A stretch of DNA of 49,740 nt, the filler included, from Sphacelaria rigidula (Eukaryota), in the NCBI GenBank assembly GCA_964200075.2. It is 3 parts of 3 records of this genome, joined end to end, with 100 filler letters (N's around TTAATTAATTAA, not from the genome) between each part and the next. Parts side by side here need not be neighbours in the genome. Positions count along the whole stretch, not along the records: positions 33,232 to 49,740 come from CAXNAA020001332.1; 2 more parts are not named here. One strand, 5' to 3'. Of the stretch, positions 48,122 through 49,740 are shown piece after piece. The position numbers and the translations under genes were made by a program. The notes below the pieces were generated by a model. That model worked only from the letters and a program-made list of their open reading frames with translations. It was not told where the DNA came from and did no database searches. How positions within the stretch are numbered: the stretch's first letter is position 1; the number at the start of each line of letters is the position of its first letter.

Positions 48122-48805
48122 GTATTTGTATATGGTGAAAAAAACATGCGTAGTTTTGTGCGGTCACTCTTGGCCATGTATCGCCCATGACGGGGTACAA
48201 CACCCCCGTGTGTGATGCACTGTCACCGTTGATCTTTTGATGGTAAAATACGTGTCACTGTCGACGATGGCTTGTTGGGGTACATCATAAAAGTATTTTC
48301 CCGACGATGAACCTCTGGCAACACGCGATCAGAAGAGAATCGGTCGTCGAAGTTGAATGGCTTGGGGATACTGCACGCTAGCGCCCACCGTGCGTTTGGG
48401 TTAACCGATTGCAGGCGCTTGATCATGGCGTTGTTCGTGCATGGCAATATACATCCTACTATCCCATGACAGTGACCGACTTTATCTCATAGGTATGTTG
48501 GTGGGCTGGGGGCGAAACAGTGGGGTGGCCCTAGGCTAGATTTGATGGCTCTCACCGACCGATGTACCGCACTACGGGGTATACCACCTGGGTAAATATC
48601 ATACCTGACCTCGATTTCCTGCTCTGAAGAGCGCCCCACATTGCCGTAATATTCCGTTTACGGCAATATGCCAATATATTTCCCACATCACAAGTTTAGG
48701 CAGCGGGCTCGTGGCTGCTCACCCCTTGAGTGCTCACGTCCACTAGTTGAACACCAAGAGGACGGGCTTGGGGAAGACTATTGAACCGTCATGTGTACAA
48801 TACGA

Positions 48806-49420
48806 GCTGGGCCGCCCAAGAAACCACCAGGAATGTTGAAACGCATTCTTCTCGCTCAATTTTTTATCGTTTTCGATAAAATTTTGACACGATGTACAGG
48901 ACGTATGCGCGAATACCCAGCCTCTCCCCCAATGTTTTTTTTCTTCGTGAGTTATTGGCAACTTTGTTCCGAAAAAAACTGTTCTGAAATGTTCCGTCAC
49001 CAATAACTCACGTCGGGGAAAAAAACATGTGGGGAAAGGTTCGGTATTCGTACACACGTCCTGTACATCGTGTCAAATTTCACCGGAAACGACCCAAAAA
49101 CTGTTTTGAAATGTTCCGCCACCAATAACTCACGTGGGGAAAAGAGAAAACATGGGGGGAAAGTTTTGGTATTCGCACATGCGTCCTGTACATCGTGTCA
49201 AAATTTCATCGAAAACGATCCAAATTTGAGCGAAGAATACTCGTCATTCCGTCGACAACCGGTTACTATTATATATGGAAGTGGACCAGATACGAATAAT
49301 TCAAACGCATTTATGCTGTTCAACTTCAAGCTGTTGTTGATGAAATTTTGACACGATGTACAGGACGTATGTGCGAATACCGAATCTTTCCTCATACGTT
49401 TTTTTTCTTTTCTGAGCGAG
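48806..49420. repeat. Repeat family with alternating-orientation modules, copy 2
   Basis: Collinear with 32457-33110. Confidence 0.85.
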
Positions 49421-49740
49421 TTAGACCCTCTTTTATGGCAAAAGAATCTCGATTTTTTAGGACCCCGATTCTGAAAAAATCGGAAAAAATCGGGGGAACT
49501 CAAATTCGTGAACTCAACATCAAGGGGACCATTTTATGGCACAGACGTTACAGTATCACAGATTTGTGAAACGGTTCTGTACACAGACGGTCATTTTATG
49601 CATGAGTGTTGTACTGCATTCTCGTGCATGAAGCCCAAGAGTAGGCAGGCGGTAAACAATCCTTCGAGTAGTGTCGTACCTTGATACCCTAGAGTAATAG
49701 AGTGTAGGACACTTCATCAGTACAGTACATGATAATGCTT

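Overview
Eukaryotic, repeat-rich DNA. The long introns, (AATC)n-tailed retroelements and exon style suggest a brown alga, but that is inference only. The window is three contigs joined by artificial N-TTAATTAATTAA-N linkers (16517-16616 and 33132-33231), so adjacency across them is not trustworthy. Contig 1 holds the 3' end of an LTR retroelement, a fold-back MITE and a large decayed Academ-type (AcademX: DDE transposase + XPG/FEN-like nuclease + Cys-rich CXC finger) transposon on the minus strand. Contig 2 is a nest of non-autonomous DNA transposons. One of them, a 2.08-kb TIR element with a perfect 8-bp TSD, carries a CRISPR-like-looking array of about 21 conserved TATTG-N6-CAATATATATTG motifs at 42-43 bp phasing with non-repeating spacers. 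Contig 3 holds the first eight exons (350 codons) of a FAN/NSMAF-like BEACH-family gene on the minus strand; its first two introns appear to be GC-AG. It sits head-to-head with the probable first exon of a bystin-like gene. All family assignments come from motif recognition by eye, not database searches.
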